This document shows positions 1 to 8,970 of a DNA stretch of 45,905 nucleotides, piece after piece; within the stretch, counting starts at the first letter, position 1; every line of letters starts with the position of its first letter. The position numbers and the translations under genes were made by a program. The stretch is from an uncultured Chromatiaceae bacterium (lineage in GTDB: Bacteria > Pseudomonadota > Gammaproteobacteria > Steroidobacterales > GCA-2729495), in contig CAYLLI010000001.1 in the NCBI GenBank assembly GCA_964384295.1, forward strand, positions 1 to 45,905, written 5' to 3'. A model generated the notes under the pieces. It ran no database searches. It was not told the DNA's origin and saw nothing but the letters and a program-made list of their open reading frames with translations.

Positions 1-147
1 CTGACGTCAATCATTTTCAATCTTGAGTAAGAAATTGTTCGGTCACTCTCATCCTCGGTTTTTGTTTAAACCAGGATGCGAGCTCCCACACAAATTATCT
101 GTTCGAGTTTTTAAAGAGCAAAACGCCCGCGGCTTCAGCGCGAGCGA
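1..147 (-). other. 5' leader (external transcribed spacer) of an rRNA operon; the 16S gene lies beyond the left edge
   Basis: The minus strand reads TGCTCTTTAAAAACTCGAACAGATAATTTGTGTGGGAGCTCG. This parallels the E. coli rrn leader CTCTTTAACAATTTATCAGACAATCTGTGTGGGCACTCG (boxA plus the 5' half of the RNase III processing stem). It lies directly downstream of an rrn P1-type promoter. The + strand ORF 23..238 is a shadow of this leader. Confidence 0.7.
108..120 (-). promoter_or_regulatory. boxA antitermination element of the rRNA operon leader
   Basis: Minus-strand TGCTCTTTAAAAA against the rrn boxA consensus TGCTCTTTAACAA. It sits about 30 nt downstream of the predicted transcription start. 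Confidence 0.7.
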
Positions 148-154
148 GGGGCGC

Positions 155-228
155 ATTATACAGAGGGTTCGTTACCCGTCAACGCATTTTCAAGCAATTT
201 TTAACTTTTTTTTGCTTTATTTTTTCTG
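155..228 (-). promoter_or_regulatory. rrn P1-type sigma70 promoter with UP element and GC-rich discriminator
   Basis: On the minus strand: -35 TTGACG (182..177), a 16-nt spacer, and -10 TATAAT (160..155). The -10 is followed by the discriminator GCGCCCCTCGC. An A/T-rich UP-like tract AGAAAAAATAAAGCAAAAAAAAGTTAAAAATTGC lies upstream (about 228..184). Confidence 0.75.
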
Positions 229-234
229 TGCCAC

Positions 235-1434
235 CTAAACGACTGTGACACGGGCAAATTTGCGTTTGCCAACTTGGAAAATATGCGCCTCTCCGGCCGG
301 AATTTCAAGCCCCCGGTCGCTGATTTTCTCGCCGTCAACACGAACTGCGCCCTGCTTGATCATGCGAAACGCCTCCGAATTGCTGCTCACCAGGCCGGCA
401 CCACTCAATATATTAGCGATTCCCAGCGAACCGGACTCCGACGGTAACGAAATTTCATCCATCTCATCGGGCATTGCCCCGCCTCTGAAGCGATTGATGA
501 ATGACTCTTTAGCCTGTTCCGCCGCTTGCTCACCATGAAAACGGCCAACGATCTCGAGGCCCAGCTCGAACTTCACGTCTCTGGGGTTCACGCCGCCGGC
601 AACCTTTTGCTGCAACTGCTCAATCTCCTGCAGGGGCCGGAAGCTGAGCAATTCGAAGTAGCGCCACATCAGCTCATCAGAGACCGACATGATCTTGCCG
701 AACATCTCGTCAGCTGAATCGGTAATACCAATGTAATTGCCGAGCGATTTAGACATCTTGTTGACGCCGTCCAGACCTTCCAGCAGCGGCATAGTCATGA
801 CTACCTGCGGACTTTGACCTGCCGCCTGCTGCAGCTGACGCCCCATCAACAGATTAAATTTCTGATCCGTGCCGCCCAGCTCAACATCGGCCTGCAACGC
901 GACCGAGTCATACCCCTGCACCATCGGGTACAGGAACTCATGAATAGCGATCGGTTGGTTGCCTTTATAACGCTTACTAAAGTCGTCACGCTCAAGCATT
1001 CGGGCCACAGTCTGCTTTGCAGCAAGCGCAATCAGATCAGCGGCACTCATGTCGCCCATCCACTCTGAGTTAAATGCGACGCGGGTCTTCTCCGGATCCA
1101 GAATCTTGAAGACCTGTTCTTTATAGGTTTCGGCGTTCGCCAGAACCTCTTCTTTACTAAGTGGCGGGCGCGTGGCGTTTTTGCCGGTGGGGTCACCAAT
1201 CATTCCGGTGAAATCGCCAATCAGAAAGATGACTTCATGGCCAAATGCCTGAAAAGCACGCAGCTTATTAATAAGCACGGTATGCCCGAGATGCAGATCC
1301 GGGGCTGTCGGGTCGAAACCTGCCTTAATCCGCAGCGGGCGGCCCTCATCGAGCTTTTTCTGCAAATCTTCCGCGGCCAGTATTTCTTCGGTGCCGCGCG
1401 CCAGTTCCGGCAACTGCTCTGCCGTTGATTTCAT
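235..1434 (-). CDS. tyrS: tyrosine--tRNA ligase
   Basis: 399-aa ORF with class I aaRS signatures: HIGH-type DLHLGH and KMSKS (KMSKSLGN). It has a C-terminal S4-like RNA-binding region. It sits next to an rrn operon, as tyrZ does in Pseudomonas. Confidence 0.95.
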   Translation of the reverse strand: MKSTAEQLPELARGTEEILAAEDLQKKLDEGRPLRIKAGFDPTAPDLHLGHTVLINKLRAFQAFGHEVIFLIGDFTGMIGDPTGKNATRPPLSKEEVLANAETYKEQVFKILDPEKTRVAFNSEWMGDMSAADLIALAAKQTVARMLERDDFSKRYKGNQPIAIHEFLYPMVQGYDSVALQADVELGGTDQKFNLLMGRQLQQAAGQSPQVVMTMPLLEGLDGVNKMSKSLGNYIGITDSADEMFGKIMSVSDELMWRYFELLSFRPLQEIEQLQQKVAGGVNPRDVKFELGLEIVGRFHGEQAAEQAKESFINRFRGGAMPDEMDEISLPSESGSLGIANILSGAGLVSSNSEAFRMIKQGAVRVDGEKISDRGLEIPAGEAHIFQVGKRKFARVTVV

Positions 1435-1724
1435 TGAATAGTCCTACCGGGAAGCCAAATGCACCAACGGTGCCGGGACGCGAGAATAACCAATTACGTG
1501 TGACGGGTCGACCAAAGCACCGGGCCACAGCTTATTAGTGACATGCAGATCACAGTCTGGCACTGATTTAATTGACCGCAGGCCCAAACTTTACCGATAA
1601 TGACTTTATCTGTTATGTCAGATAAGTATCTGATATCTGCCGTTTTAAGGGGAATACGGGCCTCTGGCAGTTAACAGAACGTTGTTGACGCAAACGTCGC
1701 GATGCGCGACCCATTGGGGACTGA

Positions 1725-3146
1725 ATGAGCTCCAGACATACGGTTATGCGGGATTACAAAACCCCTGCCAAGTCCGGCGACCCTTCGGGGGCACGCTCGC
1801 CACTGGCGCGCGGACGTTTTCGGTGGCTACTCGCGGGAATTGCGCTGCCCGTACTAGCAGTGCTAATGCTGTTTGGCTTCCCCGACAACACGACGCCGGA
1901 AACAGCGGCCGTCGGGGAAGCAGAAGCTGCAGATGCTGTGAGCTCTGTTGCGACAGCGACGCCTGAGGCAATTAGCCAGACAGCGCCGGCCGAGATTGCA
2001 GTTTCGCCCGAACCAACGGCGGAGGATAACGGCACCTTCTTGAAGATGACCGTAGGCAAGGGTGACACCCTTGACCGCATGTTCCGGCGAAACAATCTCA
2101 GCATTCAGGATCTGCACAAAATTATTGCTCTGGATATCGCCAAGGACCACCTCGCTGTCGTCCGGCCGGGCGACGAGTTCGAGGTTTGGCACAAAGAAGG
2201 CGCTGTAGAAGCACTCCATCGCGAGCTCAGCATCATCGACAGCGTGGCGATTACCCGATCCGGCGACAGTTTTGTCGGTGAACTCTACAAGAACGACGTT
2301 GAGTACAGGCAGGCAGAAGCGTCGGGGGTTATTAAAGACTCCTTGTTTTTATCTGCAGCAAATGCCGGCATCTCAGACCGAATCATCATGAACCTGACAG
2401 CGATCTTCGCGTGGGATGTGGACTTTGTGCTGGACATCCGCGAGGGCGACCAGTTTGCCGTGATCTATGAAGAAATCTGGCGCGACGGCAAAAAAGTGTC
2501 TGAAGGAGAAATCCTGGCCGCAGAGTTCATCAACCGTGGCGAGAGTTTTCGCGCATTGCGCTATGAAGGCCCGGATGGCCGTTCCAGCTACTACACGCCG
2601 GACGGGCGCAATGTCAGAAAAGCCTTCCTTCGGGCGCCGTTAGTGTTCTCCCGGGTCAGCTCCAACTTTAACCCGAAACGGCTGCACCCCATCCGCAAGA
2701 CAGTCCGACCCCACCGCGGAGTCGACTATGCAGCGCCAAGGGGCACACCGATCAAAGCTGCGGGTGACGGCAAGATTACATTCCGTGGCAAGAAGGGCGG
2801 CTATGGCAATGTAGTGATACTGAGCCATGGTGGAAACATCAGCACTCTGTACGCCCACATGAACGGGTTTAAGCGCGGCCAAAAAGTCGGCACGCGGGTT
2901 CGGCAGGGGGAGATCATCGGCTACGTAGGTTCGACGGGCGCCTCGACGGGACCACATCTGCACTACGAGTATCGTCTCAACGGGGTCCATAGAAACCCCC
3001 GCACGGTAAAACTGCCTCAGGCCGAGCCTATCGACCCTGCCCTGAAGGCCGACTTCGAGCGCGCTACGGCGGCACTTGCTTTGCGCTTAGACTCTCAACG
3101 GCAGTTACTGGCCAGCAACCGGAAAACCTCCGAAGACCTGCGCTAG
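1725..3146 (+). CDS. M23-family murein endopeptidase (MepM/YebA-like) with N-terminal membrane anchor
   Basis: 473-aa ORF. It has an N-terminal hydrophobic segment (WLLAGIALPVLAVLMLFGF). C-terminal M23 motifs are HRGVDYAAPRGTPI and GSTGASTGPHLHYE. The start could alternatively be the ATG at 1746. Confidence 0.85.
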   Translation: MSSRHTVMRDYKTPAKSGDPSGARSPLARGRFRWLLAGIALPVLAVLMLFGFPDNTTPETAAVGEAEAADAVSSVATATPEAISQTAPAEIAVSPEPTAEDNGTFLKMTVGKGDTLDRMFRRNNLSIQDLHKIIALDIAKDHLAVVRPGDEFEVWHKEGAVEALHRELSIIDSVAITRSGDSFVGELYKNDVEYRQAEASGVIKDSLFLSAANAGISDRIIMNLTAIFAWDVDFVLDIREGDQFAVIYEEIWRDGKKVSEGEILAAEFINRGESFRALRYEGPDGRSSYYTPDGRNVRKAFLRAPLVFSRVSSNFNPKRLHPIRKTVRPHRGVDYAAPRGTPIKAAGDGKITFRGKKGGYGNVVILSHGGNISTLYAHMNGFKRGQKVGTRVRQGEIIGYVGSTGASTGPHLHYEYRLNGVHRNPRTVKLPQAEPIDPALKADFERATAALALRLDSQRQLLASNRKTSEDLR

Positions 3147-3160
3147 GGCGCTTAAACAGC

Positions 3161-4264
3161 ATGCCTGAAACCCGACAGCTGTATGCAGGAATGATGTCCG
3201 GGACCAGTCTCGACGGCATCGATGCCGTTCTTGTGGACTTTGAACAGGACTCACCCAGGGTTTTGGCCAAGCACCATCAGCCCTATTCAGAAAAACTGCG
3301 TGCATCAGTCAAAGCACTGATTGATGACAACCGCGAGCCCGACCAAAACGTTGCATCAAGGATCGGCAGGCTACTTGCAACAGAGTATGGCGCTGCATTC
3401 TCAACACTGATGCAAAAATCGGATGATGCGACTCAGGAAGAGGTCGTTGCAATTGGCAATCACGGCCAGACGGTGTTCCATGCGCCTCCGGTCAGCATTC
3501 AGCTCGATGACGGCGCCTATCTGGCCAAAGCTCTGAAAACTCCGGTCATCAACCAGTTCAGACAAGCTGACCTCGAGGCCGGCGGAGAAGGCGCGCCTCT
3601 TGTGCCGGCTTTTCACCAACATCTGTTCGGCAGTGATGGAACAACGGCTGCACTCAATATTGGCGGTATAGCGAACCTGACCTTGCTCAACACAACCGCT
3701 ACCGTCGGATTCGACACAGGCCCCGGCAACACTCTGCTCGATGAATGGGCAGCGCTTCATATCGGGGCACCCATAGATACCGACGGTACCTGGGCATCAG
3801 AGGGCAAGGCCAGCAAACCGCTGCTGGAAGCCATGCTCAGTGATCCATGGTTCGAAAAGGCTCCGCCGAAGAGCACCGGTCGCGAGTACTTCAACGTCAG
3901 CTGGCTAAAGCAGCAACTGTCGAACTTTGACGCCAGTGTCGCTGCTGCAGATGTGCAGGCAACATTGTGCGAGCTAACGGCTGCAAGCATCGCCAATGAC
4001 CTTCTGCGACACGGGCCGGGGATAACACGACTGGTCGTCTGCGGCGGCGGCAGCAGCAACCCGGTGCTCATGGCAGCGCTGGCGCGAGGGCTTCCGGAAG
4101 TGGAGATCACCGACAGCTCAGCCTTTGGTATCGGACCCGACTGGATAGAAGCCTGCGCTTTTGCCTGGCTGGCCAGAACTCACATGAACGGCATTCCGGG
4201 AAACATTCCTGCTGTGACCGGAGCCTCAGAGCCCCGGGTTTTGGGCGTCTTGCACAAACCCTAG
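3161..4264 (+). CDS. anmK: anhydro-N-acetylmuramic acid kinase
   Basis: 367-aa ORF with the characteristic N-terminus GMMSGTSLDGIDAVLV and the internal FDTGPGN motif of the AnmK family. It follows the M23 peptidase gene, as in Pseudomonas. Confidence 0.9.
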   Translation: MPETRQLYAGMMSGTSLDGIDAVLVDFEQDSPRVLAKHHQPYSEKLRASVKALIDDNREPDQNVASRIGRLLATEYGAAFSTLMQKSDDATQEEVVAIGNHGQTVFHAPPVSIQLDDGAYLAKALKTPVINQFRQADLEAGGEGAPLVPAFHQHLFGSDGTTAALNIGGIANLTLLNTTATVGFDTGPGNTLLDEWAALHIGAPIDTDGTWASEGKASKPLLEAMLSDPWFEKAPPKSTGREYFNVSWLKQQLSNFDASVAAADVQATLCELTAASIANDLLRHGPGITRLVVCGGGSSNPVLMAALARGLPEVEITDSSAFGIGPDWIEACAFAWLARTHMNGIPGNIPAVTGASEPRVLGVLHKP

Positions 4265-4295
4265 TTAGAGCTCTGCCGCAAGCCGCAAGCGGCCG

Positions 4296-4329
4296 CTGTC
4301 ATGATATCGTCACAGAAAAGCCCTAATCT
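4296..4329 (+). promoter_or_regulatory. candidate Pho box plus -10 element upstream of ppk
   Basis: CTGTCAT-GATA-TCGTCAC (4296..4313) matches the PhoB consensus of two 7-bp CTGTCAT-like repeats separated by 4 A/T-rich bp. TAATCT (4324..4329) lies 10 nt downstream, the usual position of a -10 in Pho promoters. There is no separate -35. Confidence 0.5.
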
Positions 4330-4373
4330 GAGGGTTTGGGCACCTGCACAACTATCCTGACAGACCTACCACG

Positions 4374-6455
4374 TTGAACACTGACGAATTCAAAGCGCCG
4401 GAAAATTACATTAATCGCGAGACCAGTGCGCTCGCTTTTAATCAACGTGTGCTGGCAATGGCCAGCAACCCGGAAACACCGTTGCTTGAGCGACTCAAGT
4501 ACGTATGCATTGTGTCGACCAACCTTGATGAGTTTTTCGAAATCCGTGTCAGCGGATTAGCGCAGCGGCTCGAGGCCGGCAAGATCTCCTACGGTCCTGA
4601 ACTGCTTCATCCTCAGGACATTCTCGACGAGGTACGCCTGACGGCCCGCGACATTATTCGCCAGCAGTACGAACTGCTTAACAACGACATTCTTCCGCAG
4701 TTGGCGGAGGCAGGCGTTCGCTTCGTCAGGCGGGACAACTGGAGCGATGAGCAGCGCAAATGGCTTAACGATTTCTTCCATCGGGAAATAGAACCTGCAC
4801 TGAGCCCCATCGCTCTGGACTCCGCGCGCCCGTTTCCCCGCATCCTGAATAAGAGCCTGAACTTTATCGTTGGCCTGGACGGAGTTCACGCATTTGGCAG
4901 ACGTTGCAAACGGGCAATCGTACAGGCACCACGTTTGCTACCCCGCTTAATCAAACTGCCGCCGGAGCTCTCGGGTGATGGCTCACAGGATTACGTTTTT
5001 TTATCGTCGATTATTCATGCCTTCGTCGACGAGCTGTTTCAGGGCATCAAAATTGAAGGGTGCTACCAGTTCAGAGTAACCCGCAATAGCGACCTGTATG
5101 TTGATGACGAGGAAGTCGAGAATTTGATGGCTGCGCTGGAAGGCAAACTCGCGTCGCGCCGCTACGGCGACGCGGTGCGGCTGGAAGTAGCCAATGACTG
5201 CCCCGCTAATCTGACGTCTTATCTTTTGTCGCAGTTTCACCTGACAGAGGACGATCTGTTTCCGGTGGATGGGCCCGTTAACCTCAATCGACTCATGTCT
5301 ATTTATGACGTAACAGGCATGGATCACCTGAAGTTCCCTCCGCTGCAACAAAGCATGCCGATGGCAGAGCTGGGAGAAAACAGCATTTTTTCAGTCATGC
5401 GCAAGCAAGACATTCTGCTGCATCACCCGTACCAGTCGTTTAATCCTGTGCTTGAGTTTATTCGCCAGGCATCACTGGATCCGAAAGTCATTTCTATCAA
5501 GCTCACTCTCTATCGCACAGGTCCCGAATCGCCCATTGTGGAACACCTGCTGGTAGCCGCGCGTGCCAACAAAGAGGTCACTGTTCTGGTCGAGCTTCGC
5601 GCGCGCTTTGACGAGGCGGCCAATATCAAGCTGGCAACAAGACTTCAGGAAGCCGGCGCGCATGTCGTTCACGGTATCGTCGGATTTAAAACTCACGGCA
5701 AAATGGCGCTCGTCGTGCGGCGCGAAAAAGGCAAGTTGATGCGGTACGCGCATCTCTCAACCGGCAACTATCACGCTCAGACGGCTCGTGTTTATACAGA
5801 CTATGGCCTGTTCACGACAGATCCGGCGCTCACCGAAGACGTCCATAATGTCTTGATGCAGATCACCAGCATGATGCAAACGCCGCCACTTCAGAAGCTA
5901 ATTCAGGCACCTTTCGAGCTGCATCAAAGGCTGATCGAAATGATCAACCGTGAGGCTGACAACGCCAGCAACGGTAAGCCGGCCAGAATCATCACCAAGC
6001 TCAATGCGCTTGTTGAACCCGAAATTATTCAAGCCCTCTATGCCGCTTCCGCCGCAGGAGTGCAGATTGACCTCATTGTCCGCGGCATTTGCTGTTTGCG
6101 GCCCGGGGTTGCCGGAATCTCGGAAAACATCAGAGTGCGATCCATTATCGGCCGCTTTCTGGAGCATTCTCGCGTGTATTACTTTCTGAATGACGGCGCA
6201 GAAGACGTTTACTGTGCCAGCGCCGACTGGATGGATCGAAACATGTTCCGCAGGGTAGAAGTTTGTTTCCCCATCGAGGTTGCGGATCTGAAGCAACGCC
6301 TTATCGACGATCTGAATGTTTATCTTTCAGATAACGAGTTAGCCTGGGAACTCGCCAGCGACTCCAGCTACAAGAAAGTATTACGGGCCGCCGGTGCAAA
6401 ATCGGTATCGTCACAGCAATATTTTCTGGAAACGGTCGCAGATCCTAGCCAGTAG
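4374..6455 (+). CDS. ppk: polyphosphate kinase 1
   Basis: 693-aa ORF of full PPK1 length. It has the phosphohistidine region FKTHGKMALVVRRE and C-terminal PLD-like HKD-type segments (GRFLEHSRVYYF). TTG start at 4374; there is no nearby in-frame ATG. Confidence 0.93.
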   Translation: MNTDEFKAPENYINRETSALAFNQRVLAMASNPETPLLERLKYVCIVSTNLDEFFEIRVSGLAQRLEAGKISYGPELLHPQDILDEVRLTARDIIRQQYELLNNDILPQLAEAGVRFVRRDNWSDEQRKWLNDFFHREIEPALSPIALDSARPFPRILNKSLNFIVGLDGVHAFGRRCKRAIVQAPRLLPRLIKLPPELSGDGSQDYVFLSSIIHAFVDELFQGIKIEGCYQFRVTRNSDLYVDDEEVENLMAALEGKLASRRYGDAVRLEVANDCPANLTSYLLSQFHLTEDDLFPVDGPVNLNRLMSIYDVTGMDHLKFPPLQQSMPMAELGENSIFSVMRKQDILLHHPYQSFNPVLEFIRQASLDPKVISIKLTLYRTGPESPIVEHLLVAARANKEVTVLVELRARFDEAANIKLATRLQEAGAHVVHGIVGFKTHGKMALVVRREKGKLMRYAHLSTGNYHAQTARVYTDYGLFTTDPALTEDVHNVLMQITSMMQTPPLQKLIQAPFELHQRLIEMINREADNASNGKPARIITKLNALVEPEIIQALYAASAAGVQIDLIVRGICCLRPGVAGISENIRVRSIIGRFLEHSRVYYFLNDGAEDVYCASADWMDRNMFRRVEVCFPIEVADLKQRLIDDLNVYLSDNELAWELASDSSYKKVLRAAGAKSVSSQQYFLETVADPSQ

Positions 6456-8019
6456 ACTTCTTGCCCGCCTTGCCGGAAGGGAATGCTTTGGCCCTGAGAT
6501 CAACATGACCTTTCAGGTAACGGCGCTCTTCACTCAAGTCCGCCCTCGATAGCGGGTTATCGCGCAGCCAGCCGCGCGGATAATTCAACAGCAACTGATC
6601 CTTGCTCCATGCGAGCTTAAAATCAGGCAGGGAATCGTTGCCACGACTGCGGTTTAACAACACGGCAAGCCTTAATACCGCCACCAGCAACAACAGCGGT
6701 TTGCGATTTGCTTTAGGTAACTCTTTGAAGGCTTCGCTGCGAATCTTGCGGCGGTGTTGTCCCACCAATACACTCAGAATCAGTTGCTCACGCCGGGTAA
6801 ATCCGGGCATATCGGTGTGTCTGACTAAATACGAGCCGTGATGATTGTAGCGGGCGTGGGCGATATCAAGCCCCACTTCATGCAGCCGCGCAGCCCACTC
6901 GAGTAACTTGCGGTAGTCATAACCGTGCAGTCCGGCATCGTCCGCAATCTGATCGAACAATTTCAGCGCAGTCTCGGCAACCCGCTCCGCCTGTTCCTCG
7001 TCGACGTGATACCGCGCCGACATAGAACGCACAGAAGCAACCCGGGCGTCTTCATCCGCATAACGACCAATCAGGTCGTACAGAATGCCCTCGCGCAAAG
7101 CGCCCTCAGCAATCGACATATTCTCAATTCCGAAGCGCTTGCAGACCTCGACGAGAATCGCCAAGCCGCCGGGCAACACAGCTGCCCGTTCGGGAGACAG
7201 CTCCGGAAAATCCAGTTGATCGGTATTACCCAGCTGAGCGCAATGCTTCATCAGCGCGCGCATACCGGATAGTGAAACGCCCTGCGATCCAGGAGACAGT
7301 ATCTGCTCAATGTCCGCAATCGCCCGCGCTGTTCCTGACGTACCAATAGCATCAGTCCATTCGTGCTTCGCCATCTTGCGAACGATAGGCGTCAGTTCCT
7401 GTCGAGCCGCGAGCCGGGCGCGGCGAAAACGCCAACGGCTCATTTTGCCTTTCGGAAAATACTTCCGGCTGTACGAAACGCAGCCCATTTCCAGACTTTC
7501 CAGCGCTTGTGGATGGCTGCCCTTTCCGACGACCAACTCAGTGCTGCCACCACCAATATCAACGACCAGCGATCGGGCATCCTCAAGTGGCAGACTGCTT
7601 AATGCGCCGAGATAAACTAAACGGGCTTCTTCAATACCCGAAATGATGTCGATCGAATGGCCAAGGGCAGCTTCTGCTTCAGTGAGAAACACACCCCGAT
7701 CACGAAGCTTACGAAGTGTATTGGTGCCGACAACCCGGACCTGCGAAGACGGAATGTCACGCAGTCGTTCTCCGAATCGCAGCAGACACGCCAGCGCCCG
7801 GTCGCGAGCCTCACTCGATAATCGTCGCTTCTTGTCCAGCCCCATTCGCAGCTGAACCATTTCCCGCAGGCGATCAACGACCAAAAGCTGGCCGTGACTA
7901 TAGCGGGCAACGATGAGGTGAAAACTGTTAGAGCCGAGGTCAACCGCAGCGAAATATTTTTCAGTCGACTGAGCAGGAAGCTCAGCCTGCGAGGTCGGAT
8001 TCAAAGACCCGGTCTGCAC
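6445..8019 (-). CDS. ppx: exopolyphosphatase (Ppx/GppA family)
   Basis: 524-aa ORF. The N-terminal ASKHA phosphate-binding motifs are AAVDLGSNSFHL and VVDIGGGSTE. The C-terminal region is HD-like. Its 3' end overlaps the ppk 3' end by 11 nt (convergent). Confidence 0.9.
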   Translation of the reverse strand: MQTGSLNPTSQAELPAQSTEKYFAAVDLGSNSFHLIVARYSHGQLLVVDRLREMVQLRMGLDKKRRLSSEARDRALACLLRFGERLRDIPSSQVRVVGTNTLRKLRDRGVFLTEAEAALGHSIDIISGIEEARLVYLGALSSLPLEDARSLVVDIGGGSTELVVGKGSHPQALESLEMGCVSYSRKYFPKGKMSRWRFRRARLAARQELTPIVRKMAKHEWTDAIGTSGTARAIADIEQILSPGSQGVSLSGMRALMKHCAQLGNTDQLDFPELSPERAAVLPGGLAILVEVCKRFGIENMSIAEGALREGILYDLIGRYADEDARVASVRSMSARYHVDEEQAERVAETALKLFDQIADDAGLHGYDYRKLLEWAARLHEVGLDIAHARYNHHGSYLVRHTDMPGFTRREQLILSVLVGQHRRKIRSEAFKELPKANRKPLLLLVAVLRLAVLLNRSRGNDSLPDFKLAWSKDQLLLNYPRGWLRDNPLSRADLSEERRYLKGHVDLRAKAFPSGKAGKKSTG

Positions 8020-8028
8020 AACACGTGG

Positions 8029-8391
8029 CTATACGGAAAAGGAGGAGCCGCAACCGCAAGTGGTTTGTGCATTCGGATTACGAATTACAAACTGCGCACC
8101 GGAAATGTCGTCTTTGTAATCGATCTGGGCGCCGACGAGATACTGAAAGCTCATAGGGTCGACCAGCAGAGTCACATCGCTGTTTACGACGCTGGTGTCA
8201 CCATCCTGGACTTCTTCATCAAACGTGAAGCCGTACTGAAAACCGGAACAGCCGCCACCCGAGATAAACACCCGCAGTTTCAGGTTCGGGTTGTCTTCTT
8301 CTTGAATAAGCTCACCGACTTTGCGGGCTGCCGCGTCGGTAAACACGATATCCTGTTGATCAGGCTCAAAAGTTGTTGGCTCTGCACTCAT
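8029..8391 (-). CDS. erpA: iron-sulfur cluster insertion protein ErpA (A-type carrier)
   Basis: 120-aa ORF with the A-type carrier cysteines: GGGCSGFQY and C-terminal CGCGSSFSV. Confidence 0.9.
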   Translation of the reverse strand: MSAEPTTFEPDQQDIVFTDAAARKVGELIQEEDNPNLKLRVFISGGGCSGFQYGFTFDEEVQDGDTSVVNSDVTLLVDPMSFQYLVGAQIDYKDDISGAQFVIRNPNAQTTCGCGSSFSV

Positions 8392-8414
8392 GAAAGCACC
8401 TAAAGTAAAACCGA

Positions 8415-8449
8415 GTCTAGATTGGTGAGTATTCTACTCAAACCTAGAC
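8415..8449 (-). terminator. possible intrinsic terminator or attenuator between the bactofilin gene and erpA
   Basis: An imperfect hairpin on the minus strand: GTCTAGGTTTGAGTA-GAA-TACTCACCAATCTAGAC, followed by TCGGTTTTACTTTA. It lies only ~24 nt upstream of the erpA start, so it may be partial or regulatory. Confidence 0.35.
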
Positions 8450-8473
8450 ACTTGAACAGTCGAAAAGTGTCAT

Positions 8474-8905
8474 TTAACCAGCCGTTTCACTCGCAACGCC
8501 CTGAATATAGGATTTGTCGCCCTCGTCGCTGCTGTCGGGGGCCGTCGCACCCTCTTCATGAATCATCTGGCCGTTAATCTCAGCGCCTGAGGCAATTTCC
8601 ATCAGATTGTAGTGAACATTGCCGATAACCCTGGCGCTGGGCCCGAACACCGCTTTTTCACTCACGTAGACATCGCCTTCAATGGTGCCACTCAGATCCA
8701 ACACCTTAACGCTGACGTTACCTTTCACGCAGCCGACGTCGCTAATACTGAGATAACCCTTTGCAGCTGAGCCCGTTGACACGTCACCAACGATCAAACC
8801 GTCAATGTAACAATCACCTTCAAACTTCAAATTGCCTGAAAGCTCAGCACCTTTTCCAATAAGCGACTGATTTTCTGATGATTTTTGATTCTTTCCGCCA
8901 AACAT
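8474..8905 (-). CDS. bactofilin family cytoskeletal protein
   Basis: 143-aa ORF. The central region has the repetitive beta-helical bactofilin pattern (GNLKFEGDCYIDGLIVGDV, GNVSVKVLDLSGTIEGDVYV, GNVHYNLMEIASGAEINGQM). The C-terminal tail is acidic. Confidence 0.8.
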   Translation of the reverse strand: MFGGKNQKSSENQSLIGKGAELSGNLKFEGDCYIDGLIVGDVSTGSAAKGYLSISDVGCVKGNVSVKVLDLSGTIEGDVYVSEKAVFGPSARVIGNVHYNLMEIASGAEINGQMIHEEGATAPDSSDEGDKSYIQGVASETAG

Positions 8906-8970
8906 AGTTTGCTCCTGATGCCCCGCCGTGCGATTGACAGGCTGCTAATTACACATAATAGAGCAATAGC

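Noticed and set aside
23-238. 71-aa + strand ORF at the left edge
   Set aside because: It has a TTG start. It lies antisense to the rrn promoter, boxA and leader, which explain the sequence conservation pattern far better.
7894-8403. 169-aa + strand ORF spanning the ppx start and erpA
   Set aside because: It is antisense to two well-supported genes and has no family resemblance.
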